Shown piece by piece: positions 9,578 to 19,433 of a stretch of 46,461 bases of DNA. The notes beneath the pieces were generated by a model. It was given only the letters and a program-made list of their open reading frames with translations. It was not told the DNA's origin and did not search any database. Both the position numbers and the translations under genes were made by a program. The first letter of the stretch is position 1. Every line of letters starts with the position of its first letter. The stretch is taken from the sequence record DRR378314_1840; one strand, written 5' to 3'.

Positions 9578-10423
9578 TTATTTAATTCCGGATCGCATAA
9601 AGGATTGAACAAACTGCCGCTGAAACAGCAGGAAAGCGATCAGCAACGGGGCTGAAGTCATCAGGGTTGCCGCATTGATCAATGCCCAGTCAACCCCCTG
9701 ATCAATGGATGCAAAGATGCTCAATCCAACCGTTAGGGGGCGGGTTTCTTCTGAATTGGTCACAATAAGCGGCCAGATATAGTTGTTCCAGTGATGACTG
9801 ACAGATACCAACCCATAAGCAAGGTACACGGGCATCGCCAGCGGCACATAAACTTTCCAAAGCACTTGAAGAAGGTTCGCACCCTCGATCCGGGCGGCTT
9901 CCTCCAGCTCGATCGGCACCGTCTTAAAGGTCTGGCGAAGCAGAAAAATGCCAAAACCCGACGCCATATAAGGAAGGCCGATGGCGGTAATGGTATCAAT
10001 CAAACCCAGTTTCCCCATGGTTTGATAATTCTCCACAATCAAAATGTCGGGCATGACCAGCAACTGAACCAGCACCAGCACGAACAGAATGTTTTTCCCA
10101 GGGAACTCAAAGCGGGCAAATGCAAAGGCCGCCAGGGTACACAGCACAAGCTGCGCAGCCAAAATCAAGCTCACCAGCATCACCGTGTTAAGAAAATACC
10201 GGGCGAAAGGCGCCGCATTCCAGGCGTTCTGGAAATTTTCCAGCGTCAACGGCGCCAACAGGTCAAAATTGGCCGAATAAGCCGTCGGATGAATGGCTGT
10301 CCAGAACGCATAAATAAGCGGTAAAAACCAGATCAACGCCAGGACCCATGCCCCTACATTTTGCAGGAGCCTGTCATAATCGAACGGACGGCGGGTGGGT
10401 GAAACGGGGGTCATGTCGCTCAT
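9578..10423 (-). CDS. CUT1 ABC transporter permease (UgpE-like)
   Basis: FGIFLLRQTF...ELEEAARIEGA EAA motif and six TM helices; start overlaps the upstream permease stop (ATGA). Confidence 0.9.
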   Translation of the reverse strand: MSDMTPVSPTRRPFDYDRLLQNVGAWVLALIWFLPLIYAFWTAIHPTAYSANFDLLAPLTLENFQNAWNAAPFARYFLNTVMLVSLILAAQLVLCTLAAFAFARFEFPGKNILFVLVLVQLLVMPDILIVENYQTMGKLGLIDTITAIGLPYMASGFGIFLLRQTFKTVPIELEEAARIEGANLLQVLWKVYVPLAMPVYLAYGLVSVSHHWNNYIWPLIVTNSEETRPLTVGLSIFASIDQGVDWALINAATLMTSAPLLIAFLLFQRQFVQSFMRSGIK

Positions 10424-11295
10424 TGGTAATGTACCTTCCGGTCCATCAGGTAAAACTGTCCAATGGCAATAAGCCCAAGGATCACCAGAAGAACCGTCGT
10501 CAGGGTCGCGCCATAAGACGTATCCCAGAATTTAAACGCTGTTTCGTAGATGTAGAAAAGCAGCAGCGAACTTGCGTTATTCGGTCCGCCATTTGTCATG
10601 ACAAAAATATGGTCAATCAGGCGAAAAGAGTTGATGACCGCATTGATGGACACAAATAGCGTCGTTGGCATCAGTAGCGGAAAGGTGATACGCCAGAACA
10701 TGTACCATCGGCTTGCGCCCTCAATTTTTCCGGCTTCATGAAGACTGGGCGGTATGGCCTGCAACGCTGCCAGATAAAAGATCATGAAAAAGCCGGCTTC
10801 CTTCCAGATAGCCACTGCCATCACCGCGTAAAGCACACTATCGGGATCCCCCAGCCAGTTTTGCGACGAGAATCCAAGGTAGGCCTGGATCTGCGAAATC
10901 AAACCAAATCCCGGGGTGTAGAAAAACATCCAGATATTGGCAACGGCAATCAATGGCAGCACGGTCGGTGTGAAATAGGCCATTCGAACAAACGCCCGCC
11001 CGCGGATCTGACCGTTCACCCAAAGGGCCATGATGAGCGATAACATGATAGACAGAGGAATTGTCCCCAGCGCATAAATCGCATTATTCCAGAGAACCTG
11101 CCAGAACACATCATCCGTCAGCAGATATTCGTAATTCTCAAGCCCGATGAATTTTGCAGGTCGGTTTCCCTTGGGAGTCGTGAAGAAACTGTTCCAAATT
11201 GTGGCGACAGCCGGATAATGGGTGAAGGCAAACAGCAGCACCAATGCTGGCGAAACGAGCAACCATCCATATAACCAGGCACGACGTTGTAACAT
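10420..11295 (-). CDS. CUT1 ABC transporter permease (UgpA-like)
   Basis: LAALQAIPPSLHEAGKIEGA EAA loop, FIGLENY, MTNGGP. Confidence 0.9.
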   Translation of the reverse strand: MLQRRAWLYGWLLVSPALVLLFAFTHYPAVATIWNSFFTTPKGNRPAKFIGLENYEYLLTDDVFWQVLWNNAIYALGTIPLSIMLSLIMALWVNGQIRGRAFVRMAYFTPTVLPLIAVANIWMFFYTPGFGLISQIQAYLGFSSQNWLGDPDSVLYAVMAVAIWKEAGFFMIFYLAALQAIPPSLHEAGKIEGASRWYMFWRITFPLLMPTTLFVSINAVINSFRLIDHIFVMTNGGPNNASSLLLFYIYETAFKFWDTSYGATLTTVLLVILGLIAIGQFYLMDRKVHYQ

Positions 11296-11314
11296 TTAAA
11301 CCTCAAATCAGGAT

Positions 11315-11342
11315 CGGGACGGCGACGCACGCCGCCGTCCCG
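11315..11342 (-). other. intra-operon GC-rich hairpin after the solute-binding gene
   Basis: CGGGACGGCG-N8-CGCCGTCCCG, a perfect 10-bp stem without a U-tract; typical position for differential mRNA stabilisation. Confidence 0.6.
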
Positions 11343-11357
11343 GCATTCATCAACTTC

Positions 11358-12647
11358 TTAACGGTACGCTTTCAGCACACGATCAGCTTTCTGCTGGGCA
11401 TCTTTCAGCGCTGAGGCAGCATCCATAGTTCCCGTGATGGCGGCTTCCAAAGCTTCGTTGAAGATTTTGGTAACCCGCTGGTTCTCATAGGTAGACAGTT
11501 CAGCAACCGCATGTTCCAGTTGATCCCGGGCAACAAGTGCGGGTGGGAAATCTTTTACATAAGCTTTCATCGCTGGTGTTTCCCAGGCATCCGCGCGCGG
11601 GGCCACATAACCGGTTGCGATCGTCCATTTGGCAGCCTGCTCCGGTGCGGTGATCCACTTTACAAAATCAAGCGAAGCTTTTTTCTGCTCATCGGTTGAT
11701 CCTTCGAAGATGTAGAAGTTACCGCCGCCTGTTGGCGCGCCGCGCCGCTTGTTGGCTGGCAACATGGCAACACCAAAATCAAAAGGCGCATTGGTGCGCA
11801 CATTTGTCAGGTTACCTGTTGAGGTCCACATCATCGCTGTCTGACCTTCAAAGAAGGCTTTTGGTGTTGTGCCCCATTCAAGGATACCCGGTGCCATCAC
11901 TTTGTGCTTGGCACTCAGATCGACCATATATTGAAGTGCTTCCACAACTTTTGGATCATCAAAGTTTGTTTTGTTGCCGTCTGAATTGGCCAAAATCACA
12001 TCATTCTGCGTGCTCAAACCCTGGAACAACCAGTATGGAAATCCAGAAGACGGGATACGAACGCCCCATTGGGTTACGTTGCCAGAAGCATCCTTAACGG
12101 TTAGCTTCTTGCCCATTTCCACCATTTCTTCCCAGTTGGCAGGGGCTTTATCTGGATCAAGGCCGGCTTTTTTGAACGCTTCCTTGTTCCAGTAAAGAAC
12201 CGGGGTGGAGCGCTGAAACGGAATACCATAGGTTTTTCCGCCGGTTTGACTGTTTTCCATGAAGGCTGGGTAGAATGAATTCAGCCATTTCTTTCCCTCT
12301 TCAGTGGTGATCAGATCATCAACGGCAACAATCGCGCCTTCATCGATCAGGGTGAACATGTCCACAGATAAAATCACGGAAAGTTGCGGCGGCTTGCCAC
12401 CGCGAACCGCTGTCATCGCTTTGGTGATTGTGTCCTGATAAGATCCGGAATAAACCGCATCAATATTCACATCCGGATTGTTTTTGACATACTCAGTTGT
12501 CAGGCTTTCAATGGTTTTGGCCGCTTTACCGCCAACCGCCACTGGAAAATAAAATTGCAGGTCAACGGCAAAAGCCACCGAAGACACCATCAGGGTCGCT
12601 GCCGTGGCGGCAACACCCAGTCCCATTTTTTTAGCTAGTTTCAACAT
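11358..12647 (-). CDS. ABC transporter solute-binding protein (UgpB-like; glycerol-phosphate/organophosphate)
   Basis: Signal peptide (..VAFA-VD), YGIPFQRSTPVLYWNK, PTGGGNFY, and TGY motifs as in UgpB-type SBPs. Confidence 0.85.
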   Translation of the reverse strand: MLKLAKKMGLGVAATAATLMVSSVAFAVDLQFYFPVAVGGKAAKTIESLTTEYVKNNPDVNIDAVYSGSYQDTITKAMTAVRGGKPPQLSVILSVDMFTLIDEGAIVAVDDLITTEEGKKWLNSFYPAFMENSQTGGKTYGIPFQRSTPVLYWNKEAFKKAGLDPDKAPANWEEMVEMGKKLTVKDASGNVTQWGVRIPSSGFPYWLFQGLSTQNDVILANSDGNKTNFDDPKVVEALQYMVDLSAKHKVMAPGILEWGTTPKAFFEGQTAMMWTSTGNLTNVRTNAPFDFGVAMLPANKRRGAPTGGGNFYIFEGSTDEQKKASLDFVKWITAPEQAAKWTIATGYVAPRADAWETPAMKAYVKDFPPALVARDQLEHAVAELSTYENQRVTKIFNEALEAAITGTMDAASALKDAQQKADRVLKAYR

Positions 12648-12678
12648 TAGTCTCTCTCACATCAAGTTAGATAACAGG

Positions 12679-13782
12679 TCAGGCAAGTGCCTGGTATTGC
12701 AGGTTTCCGATCACGTGTGATTTGTCCAAACGGGAACCCGAATTCGCATCAAAGACATGCAGGTCGTCTTCTTTCCATTGCAGGAAAAGAGGATCGCCCT
12801 GCGCAAACTGTCTGTTCTTGTCAGTTCTGAGAGTCACTGTCTCGCTGCCAATCTGGCAATCCACCAAAGTATCCGCCCCAAGAAATTCAGAGCTGATAAC
12901 CACAGCTTTAATTCCCTGCTCGCCCACCACAAGATCCTCAGGGCGAACCCCAAGGGTCAAGGTTTCTGGACCGTTTTCGGCTCTTGCACTGCCAATTACC
13001 TCGCTGCTGCCTTTAATGACATAGGCAGCATCCTGTTTATGCAGGGATATAAGGTTCATGGGCGGCGTGCCGATGAAACGCGCCGTAAATGCGGTTGCCG
13101 GGTTTTGGTAGATTTCAGTTGGTGTTGCGATCTGTTCGATCTTTCCGTTATTTAACAGAACGATCTGATCGGCCATGCTGATCGCTTCCACCTGATCATG
13201 GGTCACATATACCATTGTGATGCCTAGCTTCTGCTGCAGCTCGCGGATCTCAACCCGCATTTCATGACGCAGTTTGGCGTCCAGATTGGATAAAGGCTCA
13301 TCCATCAGGCATATGGGCTTTTCAGAGATAATCGCCCGTCCCAACGCAACCCGTTGCTGTTGTCCGCCCGATAGCTGCGATGGTTTCCTGTCCAGCAAAC
13401 CATCCAGATTTAAAAGACTGGCTGTTTTCTGAAGCTGGGCTTGCTGATCCGCTTTCGACACTTTGCGGATCTTTTGCCCAAACAGGATATTCTCCCCAAC
13501 ACTGAGATGCGGAAACAAGGCATAGGATTGAAAGACCATGGATAGATTGCGGTTCGATGGCCCTTGATGGGTTACATCTTCACCGTCAATAAAGATCCGG
13601 CCGTCGCTACACGTTTCCAGCCCCGCCAACAGGCGCAGCGTTGTGGATTTTCCGCAACCTGACGGTCCCAATAAAACCGTAAAACTGGCTTCAGGAACGG
13701 TAAAGCTGATATCGTTGACCGCAACGCTATCGGCCCAGGATTTGACCACTTGATCAAACGTGATTGACTTCAATTGTGACAC
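12679..13782 (-). CDS. ABC transporter ATP-binding protein (UgpC/MalK-like)
   Basis: Walker A GPSGCGKST, LSGGQQQR, MDEPLSNLD, and C-terminal TOBE (GVRPED). GTG start. Confidence 0.93.
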   Translation of the reverse strand: MSQLKSITFDQVVKSWADSVAVNDISFTVPEASFTVLLGPSGCGKSTTLRLLAGLETCSDGRIFIDGEDVTHQGPSNRNLSMVFQSYALFPHLSVGENILFGQKIRKVSKADQQAQLQKTASLLNLDGLLDRKPSQLSGGQQQRVALGRAIISEKPICLMDEPLSNLDAKLRHEMRVEIRELQQKLGITMVYVTHDQVEAISMADQIVLLNNGKIEQIATPTEIYQNPATAFTARFIGTPPMNLISLHKQDAAYVIKGSSEVIGSARAENGPETLTLGVRPEDLVVGEQGIKAVVISSEFLGADTLVDCQIGSETVTLRTDKNRQFAQGDPLFLQWKEDDLHVFDANSGSRLDKSHVIGNLQYQALA

Positions 13783-13883
13783 CTTGAACTGAAAAGACGG
13801 TGGCTCCTAAATCAAGCCAACCGTCGGACATTGACTCCGCTTGCGAAACTATGTTTCAACAATTTCTTTTTTATTGCGGTGGG

Positions 13884-13901
13884 ATTTCAAAATTATTACA
13901 C
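13884..13901 (-). promoter_or_regulatory. Pho-box-like element upstream of the Ugp-like operon
   Basis: Minus strand GTGTAAT-aatt-TTGAAAT: two degenerate heptamers at an 11-bp period. Confidence 0.4.
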
Positions 13902-14237
13902 GCAGCCAATCTGAAAGCCGTTTCAGACAAACCGAAACTAAAATGATATTAATTCGAAATAGTAATTTCGGCGGAATTCCTGTTAGTTTCCCTCAGATTA
14001 TCCTGCCTGGAGATCCATATATGCGGTCAGATTTGCGGGTTTTTGAATATTTGATAAAAACCTATAGTAACCTTTGCCCCATCCTGTCTCAAAACACCCG
14101 CTAGCCGATACCTTTGCGGCTTGACGCCACATAACACTTGGCAGCGAAAGACGAACTCTGCTACGGTTTTCACCTGTTACAGGGCCTGCCCGAGAAAAAC
14201 CAACAACAAGCAGGCAAAAAATTGAAAGTTCTCTGTC

Positions 14238-15104
14238 ATGCTTGCCTGGCTTATGGCTTTGGGGGCCGCCTTCTGTTACGGACTTGGAATGGTCCTCATC
14301 CAGTTGGGCCTTCGACATCTCACCCCGCTTCAAGGAGCAGCGATCACCGCGCCGGTTGCGGCTCTCCTATTCACCTTACTATCAGGCGTTCTGGTTGATT
14401 TCAGCCAGTTTCATATGACGGCGGTTTGGATCTTTATCGCTGTCGGCCTGATGTTTCCCGCAGCCGTAACCCTTCTGGTGTTTGCCAGCAATGCCCAACT
14501 TGGTCCCAATATAACCAGTGCAATCGGCAATCTGACACCGGTTTTCGCAGTCTTTTTGGGTGTTCTTGTCCTGGGAGAGGAAATTGGCCTGTTTCAGGTT
14601 CTTGGAATCGCGGTGGTTATCCTTGGGGCGACCCTACTGACCTTCACTCGTGCCGCCACGGACCGACCCTGGCCCTACATTGCCCTTCTTCTGCCGTTGG
14701 GCGGCGCCTTCATTCGCGGCATTACCCAACCAGGCATTAAGTGGGGACTTGGCTACTGGCCCGAACCGCTGATTGCCGGAACCATTGGCTATGTGGTCTC
14801 TGCCCTTATGCTGTCGGCTTATTTTCTCTTTCGGCGCGGGAACAGCCGGGCTATCTGGACATCACCGGGAAGTCCCTGGTTCATCTCCGCCGGGCTGACC
14901 AACGGTGTTGCGGTTCTCCTGACCTACAGCGCCCTTAACATCGGCGAAGTGGCAGAAGTCTCTCCGCTCATTGCAACCTACCCCCTTGCCACCCTGCTGC
15001 TCAGCTCCCTCGTCTTCAAGACGGTTTCCTGGAACCTGCGTCAGGCCCTGGGTATTCTGGTAATAGTCCTTGGGGTTGGGGTTATTCTGATCGCCGGGAC
15101 CTGA
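14238..15104 (+). CDS. EamA/DMT family transporter
   Basis: About ten hydrophobic helices in two repeats; 'PVFAVFLGVLVLGEEI' and 'VSPLIATYPL'. Confidence 0.88.
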   Translation: MLAWLMALGAAFCYGLGMVLIQLGLRHLTPLQGAAITAPVAALLFTLLSGVLVDFSQFHMTAVWIFIAVGLMFPAAVTLLVFASNAQLGPNITSAIGNLTPVFAVFLGVLVLGEEIGLFQVLGIAVVILGATLLTFTRAATDRPWPYIALLLPLGGAFIRGITQPGIKWGLGYWPEPLIAGTIGYVVSALMLSAYFLFRRGNSRAIWTSPGSPWFISAGLTNGVAVLLTYSALNIGEVAEVSPLIATYPLATLLLSSLVFKTVSWNLRQALGILVIVLGVGVILIAGT

Positions 15105-15144
15105 GGGGCAACAGCATTGCAGGCTACCCCTCCAAGCCCCTGTT

Positions 15145-15567
15145 TTAGGCGGGCGCCTGCTCTGTGTACTGGTTGGCAAACTCGGCACTGGGCGGGATCA
15201 CCTTGATAACATCGATCAGAATTCCGTTTGGATCACTGACGATGAAATGGCGTTGTCCAAAATCTTCATCGCGAATATCCAGCTCGAACCGCAACCCTTG
15301 CGCTTTCAGCCACGCATACACACCGTCCACATCCTCAACCTCAAAATTGAGGAGCAAACCGCTGACCTTGCCGCGCCCGGATTTTGGGATGGTTTCATGC
15401 TGCCCATTCATGACAGCCAGATTGACCGACGGGTCCTCTGTTGAAATCAGATGCATATACCAGTCGCTTTCAAACGCTGGCGTGAAGTTGAAATATCGGC
15501 AGTAAAACTCCGTAGTCTGTTTCACATCCTCAACCATCAAAACCGGATAATAACTTTTTGATTTCAT
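15145..15567 (-). CDS. VOC family (glyoxalase/bleomycin resistance) protein
   Basis: LNFEVEDVD and [20 protein letters not shown] motifs; ATG 15567 after a GGAGG RBS. Confidence 0.9.
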   Translation of the reverse strand: MKSKSYYPVLMVEDVKQTTEFYCRYFNFTPAFESDWYMHLISTEDPSVNLAVMNGQHETIPKSGRGKVSGLLLNFEVEDVDGVYAWLKAQGLRFELDIRDEDFGQRHFIVSDPNGILIDVIKVIPPSAEFANQYTEQAPA

Positions 15568-15585
15568 TTCTTCCTCCACAAACAA

Positions 15586-15631
15586 ACATACTGTATGTAT
15601 GTATTTTTTACTTAACATACAGTCTGCATGT
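15586..15631. promoter_or_regulatory. two TetR operator palindromes
   Basis: ACATAC-TGTAT-GTATGT (15586-15602) and ACATAC-AGTCT-GCATGT (15615-15631) in the divergent intergenic region. Confidence 0.8.
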
Positions 15632-15646
15632 TTGTAAACAGGAAGC

Positions 15647-16252
15647 ATGAATAACCAGTCCCCCAAACGGCGCAGCAATAGCCAACGCACCGCCGAGATG
15701 AGAGAGAAACTCATCGCAACTGCCCGCGAACTCTTCGTTTCCCAAGGCTACATGGAAACCAGCACCCCCGACATCGTGGCCGCAGCAGCGGTCACTCGCG
15801 GTGCCCTCTATCATCATTTTACCGATAAAAAAGATCTGTTTGAGGCGGTCATCCGGACGGAAAACGAATCTGTGGCATCGGAAATCAATCAGCAAACCAC
15901 CGGCAACACTGCCACTGACATTGAGTTGATCACCGGGGCAGCGGCCTTTTTTGCCGCCATGCAGGTTCCGGGGCGCTGCCGCCTGCTGCTGGTTGAAGGT
16001 CCCGCCATATTGGGGTTTGATCGCCTGAAAGAAATTGATGACCAGAACAGCGCCAAATCCCTGCTGGAAGGTCTGCAGGCCGCAACCCCCAAATCACCCC
16101 TGTCAACAGAAGAACTGACAGTTCTGGCCTCTGTCCTTGCCGCTGCGTTTGATCGCGGAGCATTGTTAATCTCCCGTGGGACGCCCGCCGCCACTGTGTT
16201 GAGCAGTTTCACCTTTCTGCTGTCGGCTCTGTTTCCCGGCCCAGACGGCTAA
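15647..16252 (+). CDS. TetR/AcrR family transcriptional regulator
   Basis: N-terminal [31 protein letters not shown]. Confidence 0.93.
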   Translation: MNNQSPKRRSNSQRTAEMREKLIATARELFVSQGYMETSTPDIVAAAAVTRGALYHHFTDKKDLFEAVIRTENESVASEINQQTTGNTATDIELITGAAAFFAAMQVPGRCRLLLVEGPAILGFDRLKEIDDQNSAKSLLEGLQAATPKSPLSTEELTVLASVLAAAFDRGALLISRGTPAATVLSSFTFLLSALFPGPDG

Positions 16253-16317
16253 GACAAGGCTCCCTGCCCGCACTCATCCCCTCCTCCATCCCCTGACCAG
16301 AAAAGTGATCTCCGCCC

Positions 16318-17382
16318 ATGCCCCTCCCCCTGATCGAAGCCAGCGGCACGCCTTTTGAACTGGGTTACCAGATCGGCACCGCGATCCAGAAAACCGTTCA
16401 AACCATCAGTATCCACAACGAAGAGTTTATCGCTGCTGAACGGAAATGGACTGGCACCGACTATATCCGCCAGATGATGGATTTGACCCGACATGTTTAT
16501 CCAAATTTTATGGAAGAGCTTCGCGGTATGGCCGACGGCATGGCAATCGGGCTGGAGCGGGCATTCATCTGGAATTGTCGCGGTGATCTGCGCTGGCCCG
16601 ATGACATCACGCCGAAAATGGCCGCCAACCTGGCTGACGGCTGCACCTCTGTCATCCTACCGCCGACCGATGGCAAGCCAGCCATAATTGCCCATAACGA
16701 AGACGGCTCCTTTGATTATGAAGGACATTGTTACTGGCTGAAAGCAACGCCGAAAGACGGCCCTGTCATTGAAAGCTTCCTCTATCCTGGCATGATTGCG
16801 GGTCATTCCATGGGGGCCAATAGCGCCGGCATTGTTCAAACCATCAATAACATCCGGGTGCATGACTTGAAACCGGGACTGCCCCGCCACTTCATTTGCC
16901 GGGCTGTATTGGCCAGTCAAAGTATGGATGAGGCTCTATCCCATTTGAGGCGACCCGATCGGGCCTCCGGATTTCATCATAATCTTGCCGCCGCGGGGGA
17001 GGGAAAATACCTCTCCGTCGAAGCACCGGCCAGTGGCTGTGTGATCAAGGACGTCATCAGCACTCCATCTGCCCACGCCAACCACCTGATCTTTTCAGAC
17101 TTTCAGGATTGCAATCAGGAAATCACCACGTCCTCGCGCAATCGCCAAAGCCGCGCCGATGCTATTTTGCACTCATTGTCTACCCCCTGGCCGGATCCAA
17201 CGGATATCCTTTTTGATCAATGTGCTGGATCTGAAATCCTGCGCATGCCAAAAGATGGGGGCGATGATTATGGGCAGACACTGGCAACGGGCATTTTCAC
17301 CCTCAACAGGTCTGACATCACCATCGATATTCATCGCGATCATGGCAACAAGGATCAGACCCAACGCCGTTTCACCTTATAA
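16318..17382 (+). CDS. C45 family autoproteolytic acyltransferase/hydrolase (Ntn hydrolase)
   Basis: N-terminal 'GTPFELGYQIG', internal G-C-T autoproteolysis site (DGCTS), AHNED and HANH motifs. Confidence 0.85.
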   Translation: MPLPLIEASGTPFELGYQIGTAIQKTVQTISIHNEEFIAAERKWTGTDYIRQMMDLTRHVYPNFMEELRGMADGMAIGLERAFIWNCRGDLRWPDDITPKMAANLADGCTSVILPPTDGKPAIIAHNEDGSFDYEGHCYWLKATPKDGPVIESFLYPGMIAGHSMGANSAGIVQTINNIRVHDLKPGLPRHFICRAVLASQSMDEALSHLRRPDRASGFHHNLAAAGEGKYLSVEAPASGCVIKDVISTPSAHANHLIFSDFQDCNQEITTSSRNRQSRADAILHSLSTPWPDPTDILFDQCAGSEILRMPKDGGDDYGQTLATGIFTLNRSDITIDIHRDHGNKDQTQRRFTL

Positions 17383-17484
17383 GGTCGCGCTCTATTTTTA
17401 CTTTCCTCTCCTGTTTATTTGCGTAAAATGAAATAAATAAAAATGCGAAATAGGAATTACTGAACTAGTCGGGAGTGGGGGATA

Positions 17485-17853
17485 ATGAGGGGCGTATCAT
17501 ACCTGTTCATGGGAACAGCAGCCATCTTTGCTGTCATTGGCATAGCTTGGGGTATTCAAATGTCAGCTTCGGGAAACCATATGCTGGCCCCGGCGCATGG
17601 ACATCTTAATCTTCTAGGATGGGTGAGCATGGCTATTTTTGGGTTTTATTATCACCTCGTGCCCGGCGCAAGCCATGGGCTGATGGCCAAGATCCATTTT
17701 GGCATTGCGACGATTGGGGTGGTGGTCCTGACCCCCGGCATTGCCCTGGCAATTCAAGGAATTAATGAGGCAGCTGCCAAGGCGGGATCCGTTCTTTTGC
17801 TGATCTCCGGCCTGATTTTTGCCTATACGGTATTCCGAAATAAGGCACTATAA
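17485..17853 (+). CDS. small 4-TM membrane protein with HxH motif (heme-copper oxidase subunit I fragment-like)
   Basis: LAPAHGHLNLLGWVSMAIFGFYY; four hydrophobic segments; GGGGGA RBS. Confidence 0.8.
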   Translation: MRGVSYLFMGTAAIFAVIGIAWGIQMSASGNHMLAPAHGHLNLLGWVSMAIFGFYYHLVPGASHGLMAKIHFGIATIGVVVLTPGIALAIQGINEAAAKAGSVLLLISGLIFAYTVFRNKAL

Positions 17854-17877
17854 CCGGTTAAAGAGCCAAAACACGGA

Positions 17878-18621
17878 TTACGTTTTACAGCCCAGCGCTT
17901 CGTGCAGCAAATGAGGAGAGATTTTTGCGCGGGCCAGATTGGCACGCCAAAAATCAGTGGAATGCAGGATCACATTGCTAAGGTTAGCACCGATCAGGTT
18001 CGCCTCCGCTAAGGAGGCATTGCTGAGGTCGGACCCTTCAAGATCTGCACCGCTTAAATCCGCTCCGGAAAAATCTGCTCCGGTAAGGATGGAGTTCCGT
18101 AAATTGGCACCGCTTAAATTCGAATTGGCCAGACTGACCATGGTCAGGTTCCGCCCTTCCAGATTAGCGCCCGCCAGATCTTCATGGGACAGATCGGCGC
18201 GGCTGCCGTCCCGGCCCCCCTGCAACCACTGATGATGGGTCGTCAGGGCTTTCAGCAAATATCGGCTGCGCGCCGCCACTTGTTCTTTGTGCTGTTGTTC
18301 AACAATATTCTTTTCGGTAATGCGCGTGTCTACCGGCAATCGGGTGACACCCAGAATAACATTCAGCACCCGCCGGGCATGGGGCAGATCATAGGCTTGC
18401 AACTCCCCATTGACCGGGCTCGCGCCGGGATAGAACCGCACTTCATACAGGTAATCGATCAGCTCCGTTGCGGGGCTCTGCACTTCGCTGGTTCGCGCTT
18501 CGGCTGCCTCCAACGCCTGCAATTCGGCCGCCAGTTCCTCCGGTGGAATATGCGCCCGATTATGGCCAAGTCCAATAGCCAGTTCCTCGTCATCATCGGA
18601 TTGGTACACCGGGTTCATCAT
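17878..18621 (-). CDS. pentapeptide repeat-containing protein
   Basis: C-terminal A(D/N)Lxx repeats (ADLSH EDLAG ANLEG ... ADFSG ADLSG ADLEG); GAAGGGAAGGA RBS. Confidence 0.88.
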   Translation of the reverse strand: MMNPVYQSDDDEELAIGLGHNRAHIPPEELAAELQALEAAEARTSEVQSPATELIDYLYEVRFYPGASPVNGELQAYDLPHARRVLNVILGVTRLPVDTRITEKNIVEQQHKEQVAARSRYLLKALTTHHQWLQGGRDGSRADLSHEDLAGANLEGRNLTMVSLANSNLSGANLRNSILTGADFSGADLSGADLEGSDLSNASLAEANLIGANLSNVILHSTDFWRANLARAKISPHLLHEALGCKT

Positions 18622-18724
18622 GGTTGCTTGTATCCTTCCCCTTCGGGCTTAACATGCACAGTCGCCTAATATTAGAAGGGTAGAAAGCAACCTTTAACTT
18701 TTCATTAAGAAAACACCTGCACAC

Positions 18725-18755
18725 AAAAAAAGAGGGCACCATCGGCACCCTCTTT
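18725..18755 (-). terminator. rho-independent terminator of azoR
   Basis: Minus strand AAAGAGGGTGCC-GAT-GGTGCCCTCTTTTTTT (stem includes G-U pairs). Confidence 0.75.
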
Positions 18756-18779
18756 CTCAGGTTAATGATCCACGGACAT

Positions 18780-19385
18780 TTAAGCCGCGGCCAGTGTTTC
18801 CAATTGCGCTTCTGCCGCCTGGAATGCCTCAGCTCTCGGTACATCTCCAAGGGCCAGACCTTCTGCATAGATAAACTCGATATCGGTGATCCCGACAAAG
18901 TTCAAAAAGGTCTTGATAAAGCCCGTCTGATGATCCGCAGGCGTACCCACATACTTGCCGCCGCGGGTGGCAAACACATAAACCGTCTTGCCCGGAAGCA
19001 GGCCTTCTGGTCCCTGTTCGGTGTAACGGAATGTCTTTCCCGCAACTGCCACATAATCAATCCACGCTTTGAACGCAGAGGGCACACCAAAGTTATAGAG
19101 CGGAAGCCCGATGACGATGACATCTGTCGCTTTTAGCTCCTCAATCAGCTGCTCGGAAAGCTCTGCGGCCTCTGCCTGGGCGGGGCTTCGCTCTTCTGGC
19201 GCCGCACCAAAACCGGCAACCGCCTCCCCCGACAGATGCGGGACCGGGTTCGCGCCCAGATCCCGTTCCGTCAATTCACTACCGTTATGGGATACCAGAT
19301 ACCGGTCAACGAATTGTTGGCTGAGTTGGGTAGAGGCACTCTGCTCCCCCAGGATGCTGCTTTTCAGATAAAGTAATTTTGACAT
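18780..19385 (-). CDS. azoR: FMN-dependent NADH-azoreductase/quinone reductase
   Basis: PLYNFGVPSAFKAWID, AGKTFRYTEQGPEGL, TRGGKY and FIYAEGL motifs of AcpD/AzoR. Confidence 0.93.
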   Translation of the reverse strand: MSKLLYLKSSILGEQSASTQLSQQFVDRYLVSHNGSELTERDLGANPVPHLSGEAVAGFGAAPEERSPAQAEAAELSEQLIEELKATDVIVIGLPLYNFGVPSAFKAWIDYVAVAGKTFRYTEQGPEGLLPGKTVYVFATRGGKYVGTPADHQTGFIKTFLNFVGITDIEFIYAEGLALGDVPRAEAFQAAEAQLETLAAA

Positions 19386-19433
19386 GCTCGGGTCCTTCAA
19401 ATGATGATCAATTTTCCTTTCTCTGAATTTAAT

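Noticed and set aside
16262-16330. C-rich tract containing CCTCCTCC, reminiscent of alphaproteobacterial cuckoo sRNA loops
   Set aside because: No flanking stems or repeated hairpin units, and only a 65-bp intergenic gap.
17930-18200. 15-bp periodic DNA repeats (e.g. GCACCGCTTAAAT twice)
   Set aside because: Explained by the pentapeptide-repeat coding sequence; not a CRISPR array or independent repeat.
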